Positions 1 through 9,900 of a stretch of DNA of 64,000 nt are shown here, piece after piece. Where the stretch lies: the NCBI GenBank assembly GCA_965217775.1, contig CBDCJH010000002.1, positions 3,616,001-3,680,000 of the forward strand, written 5' to 3'. The first letter of the stretch is position 1, and each line of letters opens with the position of its first letter. The position numbers and the translations under genes were made by a program. The notes under the pieces are model-generated. The model was not told the origin of the DNA, searched no databases, and worked only from the letters and a program-made list of their open reading frames with translations. This stretch comes from Acidobacteriota bacterium (GTDB lineage: Bacteria; Acidobacteriota; UBA6911; RPQK01; JAJDTT01).

Positions 1-205
1 CCAACCGTTCCGCGGGTTGGGGCTGATCGTCGGGGGAGAGTTCCCACTCGACCTGCACCGCCTCCCCGGCGTCATTGGGAAAGTCGACGGCCCGCACTTC
101 ACCGGGCGGCCGGGGGGATTGCGCCAGGACCGGAGAGGCCCCTCCCGAGAGGACGAGACCGCCGGCCAGCACCGAAAAGAAAATCGATTTGTCCATCTTG
201 TTCAC
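1..205 (-). CDS. Partial (runs off the window edge) exported/membrane protein, probably the FN3/DUF6754-type partner of GlmL clusters
   Basis: Manual translation: VNKMDKSIFFSVLAGGLVLSGGASPVLAQSPRPPGEVRAVDFPNDAGEAVQVEWELSPDD. It has a signal peptide and a D-x-P-N-D-x-G motif; the GTG start overlaps the TGA of the upstream gene (GTGA, 202-205). Confidence 0.6.
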   Translation of the reverse strand, partial: MNKMDKSIFFSVLAGGLVLSGGASPVLAQSPRPPGEVRAVDFPNDAGEAVQVEWELSPDDQPQPAERL

Positions 206-1326
206 GCCTCGATCAGTTCCACGTTGGCCCGCGGCACCACCAGCCGCCGGCCCGACTCCGAGCGGACCTCCAGCACCCGTGCCCGGGACCCGGAGCCCAG
301 AACCTGGGGTTCGGCCGGAAGCCCGGAGACCACGCCGATCAATCCGAAATGCGGGTCCCGGATCACCCGCACCGGCGTTCCCAACTCCAGCCTGCCGACA
401 GGACGCGCCTCGTCCACTTCCACTGCCTCTCCGGGAGCCGACGGAATCACGATTTCCGGCCGCAGGACCCCGGCGCGAATCTGAGTCGCCCCGTTGACTG
501 ACGCTGGGTCCCCTTCCCGGGAGGCCAGCAACTGGAAGGTCTTGCGGGCCATGGCGATTCGGCCGAACCCTTCGGTGATGATCAGGGTCGTCGCCACCGG
601 TTCCGATCCGGTGATGGCGACCCCCAGGTCGTAACCCAGGATCTCCCTTAGATCCGCATCGTCCATGCCTCCCGAGACCAGGGCCGAGATGCCGATCCGA
701 AAGGCCTTGCGGACGGCTCCTCCCGTCATCCGGCTGCCGCCGACCACGACGGCTCCCTTCATCCCCTCTTCCAGCCGCTCGGCCGTCAACTCTTCCTTCT
801 CGTCCCGGCAGGCCATTCGGACGGGCCCGAAGGCCTCGCCGCCGATTCCAAAGATCCCCTGGATGAAGGTGGCGTCCGCCTCCAGCACGACCCCTTCTCC
901 CGGGATCTCCTCGACCACCTGGCCGGCCAGATAGGCCAGGACCCGGACCGGGATCGGTTCTCCGCGAAGGATGACCTGCCCCGTGACTTGGGAAATGGAC
1001 TCGATGGTCCCCGCAACCCTGGCCCTGCACTCCGACTTGAACAACCCGAAAATGCCCTTGGTCCGAGCCAGGGCCTCGCCGGCTTCCACCCGCATGCCGG
1101 GCTCCTTGAGCATGCATTCGGGGACGTCCGCGGGGGGCAGCGACAGGAGGTTGGCCACGTTGACCGGCGTGATGCTTCCCGGCATGAAGGTCTGGGCGAC
1201 CACCTCCCGGGAGTCCACCTGCTGTCCCGCCCGAACCAGAACATCTCCCTTGATGGGCAGGATCCGCCGGCAGCGATGTCGGGTTCGAGGACTGACCTTC
1301 AGACCTGGGGTGTATGCGTGGGCCAT
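202..1326 (-). CDS. Conserved protein associated with GlmL/MutL clusters (barrel-sandwich hybrid-like N-terminal part, KOW-like C-terminus)
   Basis: 374-aa ORF MAHAYTPGLKV...VNGATQIRAGVLRPEIVIP...GTPVRVIRDPHFGLIG; directly downstream of the GlmL-like gene. Confidence 0.8.
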   Translation of the reverse strand: MAHAYTPGLKVSPRTRHRCRRILPIKGDVLVRAGQQVDSREVVAQTFMPGSITPVNVANLLSLPPADVPECMLKEPGMRVEAGEALARTKGIFGLFKSECRARVAGTIESISQVTGQVILRGEPIPVRVLAYLAGQVVEEIPGEGVVLEADATFIQGIFGIGGEAFGPVRMACRDEKEELTAERLEEGMKGAVVVGGSRMTGGAVRKAFRIGISALVSGGMDDADLREILGYDLGVAITGSEPVATTLIITEGFGRIAMARKTFQLLASREGDPASVNGATQIRAGVLRPEIVIPSAPGEAVEVDEARPVGRLELGTPVRVIRDPHFGLIGVVSGLPAEPQVLGSGSRARVLEVRSESGRRLVVPRANVELIEA

Positions 1327-1341
1327 CCTCCGTTGACCTCG

Positions 1342-3162
1342 TCAATCCCGTTCCGGAACCGCGGGCACCAGTTCCAAATCCCGGACCCATTGAGTCATGG
1401 CCTTCCGGCAAGCCTCACGACCGGAGGGCAACGTCAGCGGACGTCCCCTCGCGTCCAGCAGGACTCCCACCGTCCCGCCCCTGAGCTCACCCTCCAGGGG
1501 CCGGCCGGGACCCGCCCCCGCATCCACTTTCCGTGCCGGCTCCACCACAATTCGCGCACTGGCTCCCAGGCCCAGCGGCAGCCGCTTGACCTCGCCGAAG
1601 GAGAGGGCGCCCTCGTTCTCCAGGCCGTCGCCGGAGATGGAATAGCGGAAGGCCGGGCTGCCCCAGGCGCCGGTTCCCCTGGGAGCCACGCAGGTTCCCA
1701 GGGAGATGAGGCAATCCCTCTGGAACACCTGGAGCGCGGCCTCCGGGTGGACCTGGGCCAGAACCCCCAGGTGCGGCATCATGAAGATGCTGTCCTTGGC
1801 CAGCCAGGTGATCCCCTCGGGCTGAAAGGCGTCCACCAGGAGCGCCGCCGTCTGCTGCATCAAGGGGGCATGGGAAAGGACTCCTCCCGATCCCACCAGC
1901 AGATCCAGCTTCATGTTGTCCACCAGGGTCTGTCCGCTGGCCTCCTGCCTGAAGGTGTCTCCCACGGTCCTCTGCTGCTGCACGCCCTTGAGCGTGGTGG
2001 CGAACTGCTTGTGCTGGTCATAGGCCAGGCGCAGGGCCTCGCGCGCCACGGCCTGCTCGAAGCACAGGGATTCCCGGGTCTGGGGAATCGTGGTGGGGCG
2101 GATCATCTTGTTCTTGACGTGGTTCCGCAGCTCCCCCTCCTCCATCTCCAAGTGGACCCAACGGAGGATGGAGGGCAGCGTCGCTTCGGCACAGACGTTG
2201 GAGATGGAGTAGCTCATTCCCAGGTTGGCGCTCACGGTGCGGTTGAAGGTGCCGTCGAAGACGCTGAAGACGTCGGTCGTGGCCCCGCCGATGTCCACGC
2301 CGACCACGTTGATCCGCTGCTGTTCGGCGATCCTCTGCAGGATGTTCCCCACCGCCCCCGGGGTGGGCATGATGGGGGCGTCGGTCCACTGGATCAGCCG
2401 TTCGTAGCCGGGGGCATGCGCCATGACGTGTTCCAGAAACAGGTCATGGATCTTGTCCCGGGCCGGACCCAGATTCTCCCGCTCCAGGACCGGACGCAGG
2501 TTGGGAACGACGGAGAGCTGGACCGACTCGTCGAAGGTCTGCTCCACCAGCGGCGCCGCGTCCCGGTTCCCCGCGAAGATCACCGGCATCCGGTACTCGG
2601 CTCCGAAGCGGGGCTGGGGACGGGCCGGCGCGATGAGCTCGGCCATCTGCACGACGTGGCGGGTGGTCCCGCCGTCGGTCCCTCCCGAGATCAGCACCAT
2701 GTCGGGCCGCAGCTCCCGGATCCGGTGGATCTGCTGGTGGGGGAGGCGGCGGTCATTGGAGGCAAGAACGTCCATGACGATGGCGCCGGCGCCCAGGGCC
2801 GCCCGCTTGGCGCTGGCGGCCGTCATCTCCCGCACCACGCCGGCCACCATCATCTGGAGGCCACCGCCGGCACTGGAAGTGGAGATGTAAAGATCGCACC
2901 CTTCACCATCGGCAGCGGGCCGGAGAATCCGGCCGGCATCGTCGATGAGGCGGCGGCCAGCCATTTCGGCCACCTCCGAGACGGCGTTCACGACGCCCAG
3001 GGTCACGTCGGCCGCCGGTTCCTCAACCGTCGTGGGAGCCTCGCCCCGGTGGGTCTGCCGGTATTCTCCACCGACCTTTTGGATGAGGATGGCCTTGGTG
3101 GTGGTGCTCCCGCAGTCGGTGGCCAGGATCACGTTGATGGATTCGGGATCGATCTGCTTCAT
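1342..3162 (-). CDS. glmL: Glutamate mutase L (GlmL/MutL-like) ASKHA ATPase
   Basis: Phosphate-1 motif ILATDCGSTTTK, TSSAGGGL, phosphate-2 motif VDIGGATTDVFS and GSGGVLSHAP. The ATG at 3162 overlaps the stop of the upstream ORF. Confidence 0.85.
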   Translation of the reverse strand: MKQIDPESINVILATDCGSTTTKAILIQKVGGEYRQTHRGEAPTTVEEPAADVTLGVVNAVSEVAEMAGRRLIDDAGRILRPAADGEGCDLYISTSSAGGGLQMMVAGVVREMTAASAKRAALGAGAIVMDVLASNDRRLPHQQIHRIRELRPDMVLISGGTDGGTTRHVVQMAELIAPARPQPRFGAEYRMPVIFAGNRDAAPLVEQTFDESVQLSVVPNLRPVLERENLGPARDKIHDLFLEHVMAHAPGYERLIQWTDAPIMPTPGAVGNILQRIAEQQRINVVGVDIGGATTDVFSVFDGTFNRTVSANLGMSYSISNVCAEATLPSILRWVHLEMEEGELRNHVKNKMIRPTTIPQTRESLCFEQAVAREALRLAYDQHKQFATTLKGVQQQRTVGDTFRQEASGQTLVDNMKLDLLVGSGGVLSHAPLMQQTAALLVDAFQPEGITWLAKDSIFMMPHLGVLAQVHPEAALQVFQRDCLISLGTCVAPRGTGAWGSPAFRYSISGDGLENEGALSFGEVKRLPLGLGASARIVVEPARKVDAGAGPGRPLEGELRGGTVGVLLDARGRPLTLPSGREACRKAMTQWVRDLELVPAVPERD

Positions 3163-3473
3163 TTGCCGGCCGAATCGAGTTCTTCGATCCGGCGACAAAG
3201 ATAGTCCACCGAGCCCCGATGCTCAAGAAAGGCGGCCAAGTGCCGGTGTCCGTGGGACTGGGTGAGTCCCGAGAGCATGGGCGACAGGAAATGCAGCAGC
3301 TGGGAACCCAGGAAGTTGAGGGGGCGGGACATTTCAAGAAACATGAGAGCCGACGTGGCCAGCCGGCGCCGCACCAGTTCCCGGCAGATCCGATCGGCCA
3401 CCTGGCGCTGCTCGTCCGAGGGTTGGAACTCGGACGGAGTGTCTACGGCAAAGGCGTGCCGCCAACCCTTCAT
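3159..3473 (-). CDS. Small conserved hypothetical protein of the GlmL cluster
   Basis: MKGWRHAFAV...LMFLEMSRPLNFLGSQLLHFLSP; coupled to the glmL start through ATGA. Start trimmed from the ORF track. Confidence 0.7.
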   Translation of the reverse strand: MKGWRHAFAVDTPSEFQPSDEQRQVADRICRELVRRRLATSALMFLEMSRPLNFLGSQLLHFLSPMLSGLTQSHGHRHLAAFLEHRGSVDYLCRRIEELDSAGK

Positions 3474-3570
3474 CGATTTTCCGTCGTCCTTTGTTGCCAA
3501 TCTCAGGTCCCCGGGACAGTGTGGGGAATTATAGCCCGAATTTCTTGGAACTTGGGAATCGCGCCCATGC

Positions 3571-3598
3571 TTTACACCCGGAGAGCGGCTGCTACAAT
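3571..3598 (+). promoter_or_regulatory. Putative sigma70 promoter for the FAH gene
   Basis: TTTACA (3571-3576), 16-nt spacer, TACAAT (3593-3598) with an extended TG; a divergent TATAAT lies on the minus strand at 3528-3533. Confidence 0.45.
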
Positions 3599-3663
3599 AC
3601 ACGGGCTGAACAGAGCGTGAGGACTCCGGGAGCAGGCTCCCGCACTCGCAGGGAGAGAACGAA

Positions 3664-4629
3664 ATGAAACTAGCCACGTGCAGCCGGGGGGAACGCTCCT
3701 TCGTCGCCGTAGCCACGGACGATGGACGGGTGGTGGACCTGGTTGCCGCCGACGCCGAGCTGGCCCGGAAGGAGGAGAGCCCTCCCCACGCGTTCTTTCA
3801 GGACATGATCGAATTTCTGGAGCACGGGAACCAATCCCGGGAGGCTGCCGAACGGGCCGCCCGGGCAGCCCTGGAGACATCTGGGTCCCAGGCGGACGGA
3901 GCCGCCGTGCACCGACTTTCCGACGTGCGCCTGCGGGCTCCGGTGGCGGTGCCCCGGAAGCTCTTCTGCCTTGCCGGCAACTTCCAGGACCACATCGAGG
4001 AAGGCGGACATAAGATGGACTCCCAGGACAAGGAGACCCCCCGCTTCTTCATGAAGCCCGCCAGCACCTGCGTGATCGGTCCTGGGGACGGCATTCGGAT
4101 TCCACCCGTGGCCCGGGCCATTGACTGGGAGGGAGAGCTGGCGGTGGTCCTGGGCCGGCGGGGCAAAAAAATCTCCCGGGACCAGGCGCTCGACTACGTG
4201 GCCGGATATACCATCATGAATGACGTGTCGGAGCGGAAGCTCAAGATCTGGCCCCGGAGCGAGGACCGCCCCCAGGACGAGTGGTTCGATTGGCTCAACG
4301 GGAAGTGGCTGGATTCCGCCGCGCCCATGGGACCCTGGATCGTCACCACCGACGAGATCCGGGACCCCCAGGACCTGCAGATCAGCACCTACGTCAACGG
4401 AGACCGAAAGCAGCACAACAGCACCAGCCAGATGCTGATTTCAGTGGCCGAACTCATCGAGTACATCTCGGCCATCGTCATGCTGGAGCCGGGAGACGTG
4501 ATCAGCACCGGCACCGTCTCCGGCGTCGGAAACGTCACCGGGGAGTACCTCAAACCGGGAGACCGGGTGGAGGTGAATATCTCGAAAATCGGCGTTCTGG
4601 GAAACCCGGTCGTCGCAAGTTCCAGCTAG
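3664..4629 (+). CDS. Fumarylacetoacetate hydrolase family protein
   Basis: KLFCLAGNF, FFMKP, DWEGELAVV, YTIMNDVSER, GK..D...PMGP and LEPGDVISTGT motifs. Confidence 0.93.
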   Translation: MKLATCSRGERSFVAVATDDGRVVDLVAADAELARKEESPPHAFFQDMIEFLEHGNQSREAAERAARAALETSGSQADGAAVHRLSDVRLRAPVAVPRKLFCLAGNFQDHIEEGGHKMDSQDKETPRFFMKPASTCVIGPGDGIRIPPVARAIDWEGELAVVLGRRGKKISRDQALDYVAGYTIMNDVSERKLKIWPRSEDRPQDEWFDWLNGKWLDSAAPMGPWIVTTDEIRDPQDLQISTYVNGDRKQHNSTSQMLISVAELIEYISAIVMLEPGDVISTGTVSGVGNVTGEYLKPGDRVEVNISKIGVLGNPVVASSS

Positions 4630-4708
4630 GAGCCTGCGGCGCAGACTCCTAGCCGTCCGCGGGCGCACCGTTTTTCAATCCTGATTCGCATTCGAGGGTG
4701 AGGTAATT

Positions 4709-5218
4709 ATGGCTCGATATATCGAAATCACTCTCAAGAAACGCAAGATCAGTTGCGTCGCCCGTCTCCTGGACGAGAAGGCGCCCCGGACCTGCGAGGC
4801 GGTCTGGAACGCCCTGCCCCAAGAGGGAGAGGTGTACCACGCCAAGTACGCCAGCAACGAGATCTACATCCTGGTCCCCGCCTTCGCTCCCGAGGAGCCG
4901 GGCCCCGAGAACTGTTCGATGGTTCCGGCGGCCGGAGACGTCATGTATTTCACGCTGGACTCCGGCCTCCAACTGCCGGTCCGGTCCGAATCGGGGGCTC
5001 CGGTCATCGATCTGGCCGTATTCTACGACCGGGACAATCTGCTCCTCTCCCCCAAAATGGGGCCGACGCCCGGCAACGTCTTCGCCACCATCATCAAGAA
5101 CCGGGACGCCATACGCGACGGGGGCAACAGCGTCTGGCGCGAAGGGGCGGTGGGAGAGACTCTGGCCTACAGCCGGCTGGAGGGCGAGGCATTGCGCGCC
5201 TGGGGCATCGAGCCGTAG
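4709..5218 (+). CDS. DUF3830 family (cyclophilin-like fold) protein
   Basis: ARLLDEKAPRTC..VWNALP...HAKYASNEIY signature; RBS GAGG upstream. Confidence 0.8.
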   Translation: MARYIEITLKKRKISCVARLLDEKAPRTCEAVWNALPQEGEVYHAKYASNEIYILVPAFAPEEPGPENCSMVPAAGDVMYFTLDSGLQLPVRSESGAPVIDLAVFYDRDNLLLSPKMGPTPGNVFATIIKNRDAIRDGGNSVWREGAVGETLAYSRLEGEALRAWGIEP

Positions 5219-5256
5219 GTTCGATCTCGGAATGCCGTCTGCCCGGTCGTGCAGGG

Positions 5257-6216
5257 TCAGATGTGGATTCCGGGCCAGGCCTCACGAATCCGCTGCTCCA
5301 GGATCGACTTTGACACCGGTTTCTCCAGCCGCAGCCGAGCGGTCGCATTCTTACCCAGAGCGTCGCGGGGGGCCAAGCCCACGATTTCCGAGGAGGAGAC
5401 CCTGGTGCCCAACTCATGGGCGTGGCGGTCCACAGTCTCGAAGAGCCGGACCAGGGAAGTCCTGCGAAAGTCGGTGAGATTGGTGCTGACCTGCCCCTGA
5501 TTCCGGCTGGCGATCCACAACCCCAGCGCCTTGACGCCGGGCAGGCCACCGTCCCGTTCCCGGATCCGGGCGGCCACTTTCCGTGCCACGGTCAGATCGG
5601 GATCTTCGAGAACCATGTTGTAGGCGATCAGATAGTCCCGCGCTCCGACGCAACTGACTCCGACCGTCGGATGGGGGCGAGGGGGTCCGAAGTCGGGTGC
5701 CCAGGCGGGGTTTCGCGCCATCCGCCGTCGCAGCGACACCAGACCTCCCCGCCGGAGGTACGCCAGGGATCTTCGCTCGGGACGGGTCGCCGCCCGCTCG
5801 TAGAGATAGACCGGGAGTTGGATCTCTTCCGCCAGAGCCTTTCCCAGCCGGCGAGCGCTCCGGATGCAGTCGGACATGGTGACGCCGCGGATCGGCACGA
5901 ACGGAATGACGTCCACGGCGCCGATCCGGGGATGGACGCCTCGATGCCGGGAGAGGTCCAGGAGGTCGACGGCCCGGCGGCACAGCGCTGCCGCGGCCTG
6001 CTCAAGGCCCGGAAGAGAGCCCGCCAAGGTGAAGACGGTCCGGTGGTGGTCGACGTCGGCGTCCCAATGGAGCACAGCGGCGGCGGGCGTCTCGGCCGCC
6101 GCCCGGGCCAGTTCGCGGAGAACGGCCGGGTCGCGGCCTTCGCTGACGTTGATCACGCACTCGGCAAGCGAGGATATCGCCGTCCGCTTGTTCTCCCCAC
6201 CTCTCCCCACACTCAC
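5257..6216 (-). CDS. ftcD: Glutamate formimidoyltransferase
   Basis: ECVINVSEGRD, DVDHHRTVFT, HRGVHPRIGAVDVIPFVP, GARDYLIAYN, QVSTNL and SEIVGLAP motifs. Start uncertain; GTG at 6216 follows an AAGGGAG RBS. Confidence 0.9.
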   Translation of the reverse strand: MSVGRGGENKRTAISSLAECVINVSEGRDPAVLRELARAAAETPAAAVLHWDADVDHHRTVFTLAGSLPGLEQAAAALCRRAVDLLDLSRHRGVHPRIGAVDVIPFVPIRGVTMSDCIRSARRLGKALAEEIQLPVYLYERAATRPERRSLAYLRRGGLVSLRRRMARNPAWAPDFGPPRPHPTVGVSCVGARDYLIAYNMVLEDPDLTVARKVAARIRERDGGLPGVKALGLWIASRNQGQVSTNLTDFRRTSLVRLFETVDRHAHELGTRVSSSEIVGLAPRDALGKNATARLRLEKPVSKSILEQRIREAWPGIHI

Positions 6217-6900
6217 CCCCGAATCTCCCTTGCGTTGCCCCCCATGACACAGTCGTTCCTCTGCGACCATCGCGCCCAAGACTCGTCTTGCTCCACACTA
6301 TTGGATATACTCGCCATTCTTGAATCTTCGAACGAATGCTTGGGAGACCAATTCCAACCAGAAACATGCGTCAGGCGTCCCGGGATAATTTCCACCAAAC
6401 AGTCAAAGATTCGGAAGAAAAGTCATGGCGTCCATTACGGGGTCGTCTGGAAATAGCTACGTTCGAACCGGGCGGTGTCTGCCCCCCCGATATCAGAAAT
6501 CTGAATCGTTTCCCCTATAGCAAGACCACCTGCATATTGCACGCGCCGTTATCGAGATCCTGCATAGGATTCGCAGCTGTATCACCGAACAGCTCGGACA
6601 CGCATTCTGACACCGGCCGGGAGACTCCTCCGTGCCAATATCTCGCACTTGCGCCACGTATGATCACCGCTCGCGACGGCACTGATCTTCTACGGCGTCA
6701 TGGTACACTAGAAGTTAGATTACTCCACATTAACCAAACAATACCTCCTACGCTTCGGACCTACCTATCATCGGCCCCAGCAAGCGTGGTCGGCATCTAG
6801 ATTTATTGAATGTCTTAGACTTCATGCTCAGGTGTACGTGTAACATTGTCAACCTCCGGAACATGTCTCGCCAAAAAGAACCTGATCGAGAGCAGACTCA

Positions 6901-9900
6901 TTGGACACATATATGAACTTACCAACACAACCCTCCGTGCCAAGTGGCCTTCCTGCCTATTTGGTTGGACAAGCCGGATTTGATCACCTTTGCACCCTCC
7001 TCGGCATTGAAACCACAGCCCGCAAACAAAGTGTCGTTGGCAGCGAGGCCGTTAGACGTGCTCTGAAACAACTCGGCCCTGCGCCACGAGGCCTTCGCAG
7101 GGCCGGTCGCCTGAAGTGGAGCTTGGTAACCTTCTATAGCTCGCCACGACATCGGCTTAGGAACTGGCAAATTCACGTAGATGCTGACCTCGATTCATCC
7201 AAGTTAATACCATCCCTTGAAGCAAACATTATAAGCAAATTCGACAACGATCTGTATACCGCCGCGATCGATGATGCCGCATTAGTCGACTGCCATAACT
7301 TCTTTGACGCTGAGGAGGAATTGGAGCCATGGAAACAACCCGCCGTCGGTGCCCTGCCGATAATACATAGAGAAATCCTCAACTGGCAGAAGCTCGAACT
7401 CAAACGGCGTGATATCGTGGCGTTAGCCGCCTTCGCCGTCGCGACGATTCTGGAGGACTCACGTTTACTCTTCTGGGCCGCTGAAACAGTTGACGACCTC
7501 GCTACAGAATTCTCGTTCATGGGCGACTCTTTCACCTCCAGAGTCGACGATGTAGAGTCTGATCAAATCTCCAACGTTCCAGCCAGGAAGCAAAATGTCG
7601 TACAAACGTTTCGCAATGCATGCAAGGACTTGGCTGAAATCGCATTGAAACTCCGCTGTGACCCACCGGACTTCCAGTTATTCCAAGATCTGTCACGTCG
7701 CTACGACGCTGTCCGGGACTTAAGAGAACGCGCCATCAGCGAATTGGTAGCAAACCAGGTAACGAATTTTCTGACTGCAATCGAAGAAACCATCCTCTCG
7801 CAAGCCACAGACGCCTCATGGCTGGGGGGAGAAGTAGAGAAGATTCTCGCGTCATGGGCTGGAGAGTATCCCACCAACAATACCGATCTTGAAACCCTGA
7901 AAACCGATGTCGAGAGGGTTAAGCACGACTTGCCAGTCGCCATAAATGCGTGGCATTCGGCGGTCAAGACTACACAGACGATGTTGCGAGATTTGCGTGA
8001 GGTCGAAGTGGAAGGAGGTCTCGCCGGTCAGCTTAGTGCAAACAGGCGTGCCGAAGAACTCTATACGGCCATCGCAGCCGCAAAACGCGGCGAGATCGAT
8101 GCGATTCATCATGCGCTCCAATTAGCGTCGCCTAGTGGCCAAGGCTGCACAATCGCATCTGCCGCTCAGTCAGAGGAGGAACCTCTTAGTAACCAGAATG
8201 CAGAATTGACGGATAACGACAACGGCATCGAAACAACCCAGGAGCACCAAGCGCCCTTCCAGCATCAACCTGAACCACCTCCGGCCAAACCAGACATTGT
8301 CGGAGGCGGCGATGTTCATCCCACTATCGTCCAAGAAACAACCGCGACAGACGCCACCGAATCCCCCACCGCGACCGATCAAGCCACCACTCGCAATATC
8401 TCGGACGAATCCACCCTCCCACAATCTGAGACTGGAGACCAACTTGACTCACCTATCAGCGCGCTCGCTGAACCTGCTTGGCAAGCCATTGGACATCACC
8501 TTCCAGGTATCGCCTACCACATCGTACGCCTGACACCGTTTGAACAGCGAAACCCGACGTTTCCTCCCGCGGATCTCGTCGCAGCGGCCGCTGTGGCTAA
8601 TTCCGTAAATGTACCAAATGATAAAGTCGTAGAGACGCTTACCGAGTACTTGACAGGGATTCATCCTAACGACTTGAAACGGGATAATGAAGACGTCCGC
8701 GATGCTTTACACTTGTTACTTTTGTCAGCAACATTGCGTCCCGCTCTCTTCGCTCCATCAGCTGGCGGACTGTCGCAGTTGCGGCATTTAGAACTATCTT
8801 CTGCTTTTTCCTCAGTGTACGAACTTGCCGAAGTCGTCGCCAATCACGCAGAGTCATTGCAGGCCATAAGCCTTGACGTTGCCCGAGTTCGAGGCGCCCT
8901 TAGTAAGACTGCGTGGCAATACCAAGTTGAACAGCACATGGAAGCTGTTCAACAGTGGCTTCGAAATGCCGGCTCTCAGCGCATCCTCCATGGTCCTACA
9001 CAACGTGTGTGGAAACACTGGCAACGTAAAGATGGCATATTGGGAGAACTCGTCGATCTTCTCTTGAACATCGACCAAACAAATCAAGATAGAGTCCGGG
9101 AGATCCAAGCGAAACTTGAAGACCGACAGGCATACGTTACTCTTGTCAATTACACAGACCGGATTCAACTAGGACGAAAGACGGGCAAAAACATCGAAGG
9201 CCGTGCGTTGACCCAGCTTCGCAAGCACACAGTTCCGATACTAGAGTTCTTGCGGAATTGGCATCGCCTCCTCGCAGCTAAACCAGATCCTACAAATTAC
9301 ATCGACCGCACAATCGTCTCCCTTCGGCACGCTTTGCATATACACGGTCCGGCCGCTATCTTGACACTCAACAATTTCGAGCTCCAACAGCCAATACTGC
9401 CAGTTGCCGCTGCCATTAAATGGGCTCGCATTTCCATTGAAGATTTAGTGGCCTTATTCGACAGCACGGATGCCGTCGATGTCACCGAGCGACAACCGCA
9501 ACTCGTCAACGTCGATCACGATCTCGTGTTCGCCGTTGACGTGGATATAGATCGTGACTATCACTTCGCGGATGGCCAAGACCCTAAACTATGTCTCAGC
9601 TACCTTGCCCAAACAGCCTTGCGTCCCCCGACATTACCAGAAGCGTTTCACGCACGTTCCGGGAGAGGTGATTTAATTGGTGCTAGGCTAGCGTGTGATC
9701 GTATGGACGCAGTCGCCGACTCAGAAGCTGACCGTTGTCGCATTGATCTCGATAACATTATCCAACAAAAGCGTCGCGAATTACGCGCGCTCCGGATGAA
9801 GTTAACCGGCGACATTGAACAGAGCTATTGTCTAGGACAACTCACGCCGGACCAACGCGATGATCTAGCCGCGCGGTGTGTCGCGACCCACGTGGCTACT

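Noticed and set aside
988-3204. Long antisense ORFs (also 55585-57756, 58527-60344, 23459-24730 and others)
   Set aside because: Shadow frames of well-supported genes in high-GC DNA, with no recognisable motifs.
6336-6800. 154-aa ORF as a third gene of the island
   Set aside because: No recognisable motif or clear RBS, so it cannot be supported from the sequence alone.
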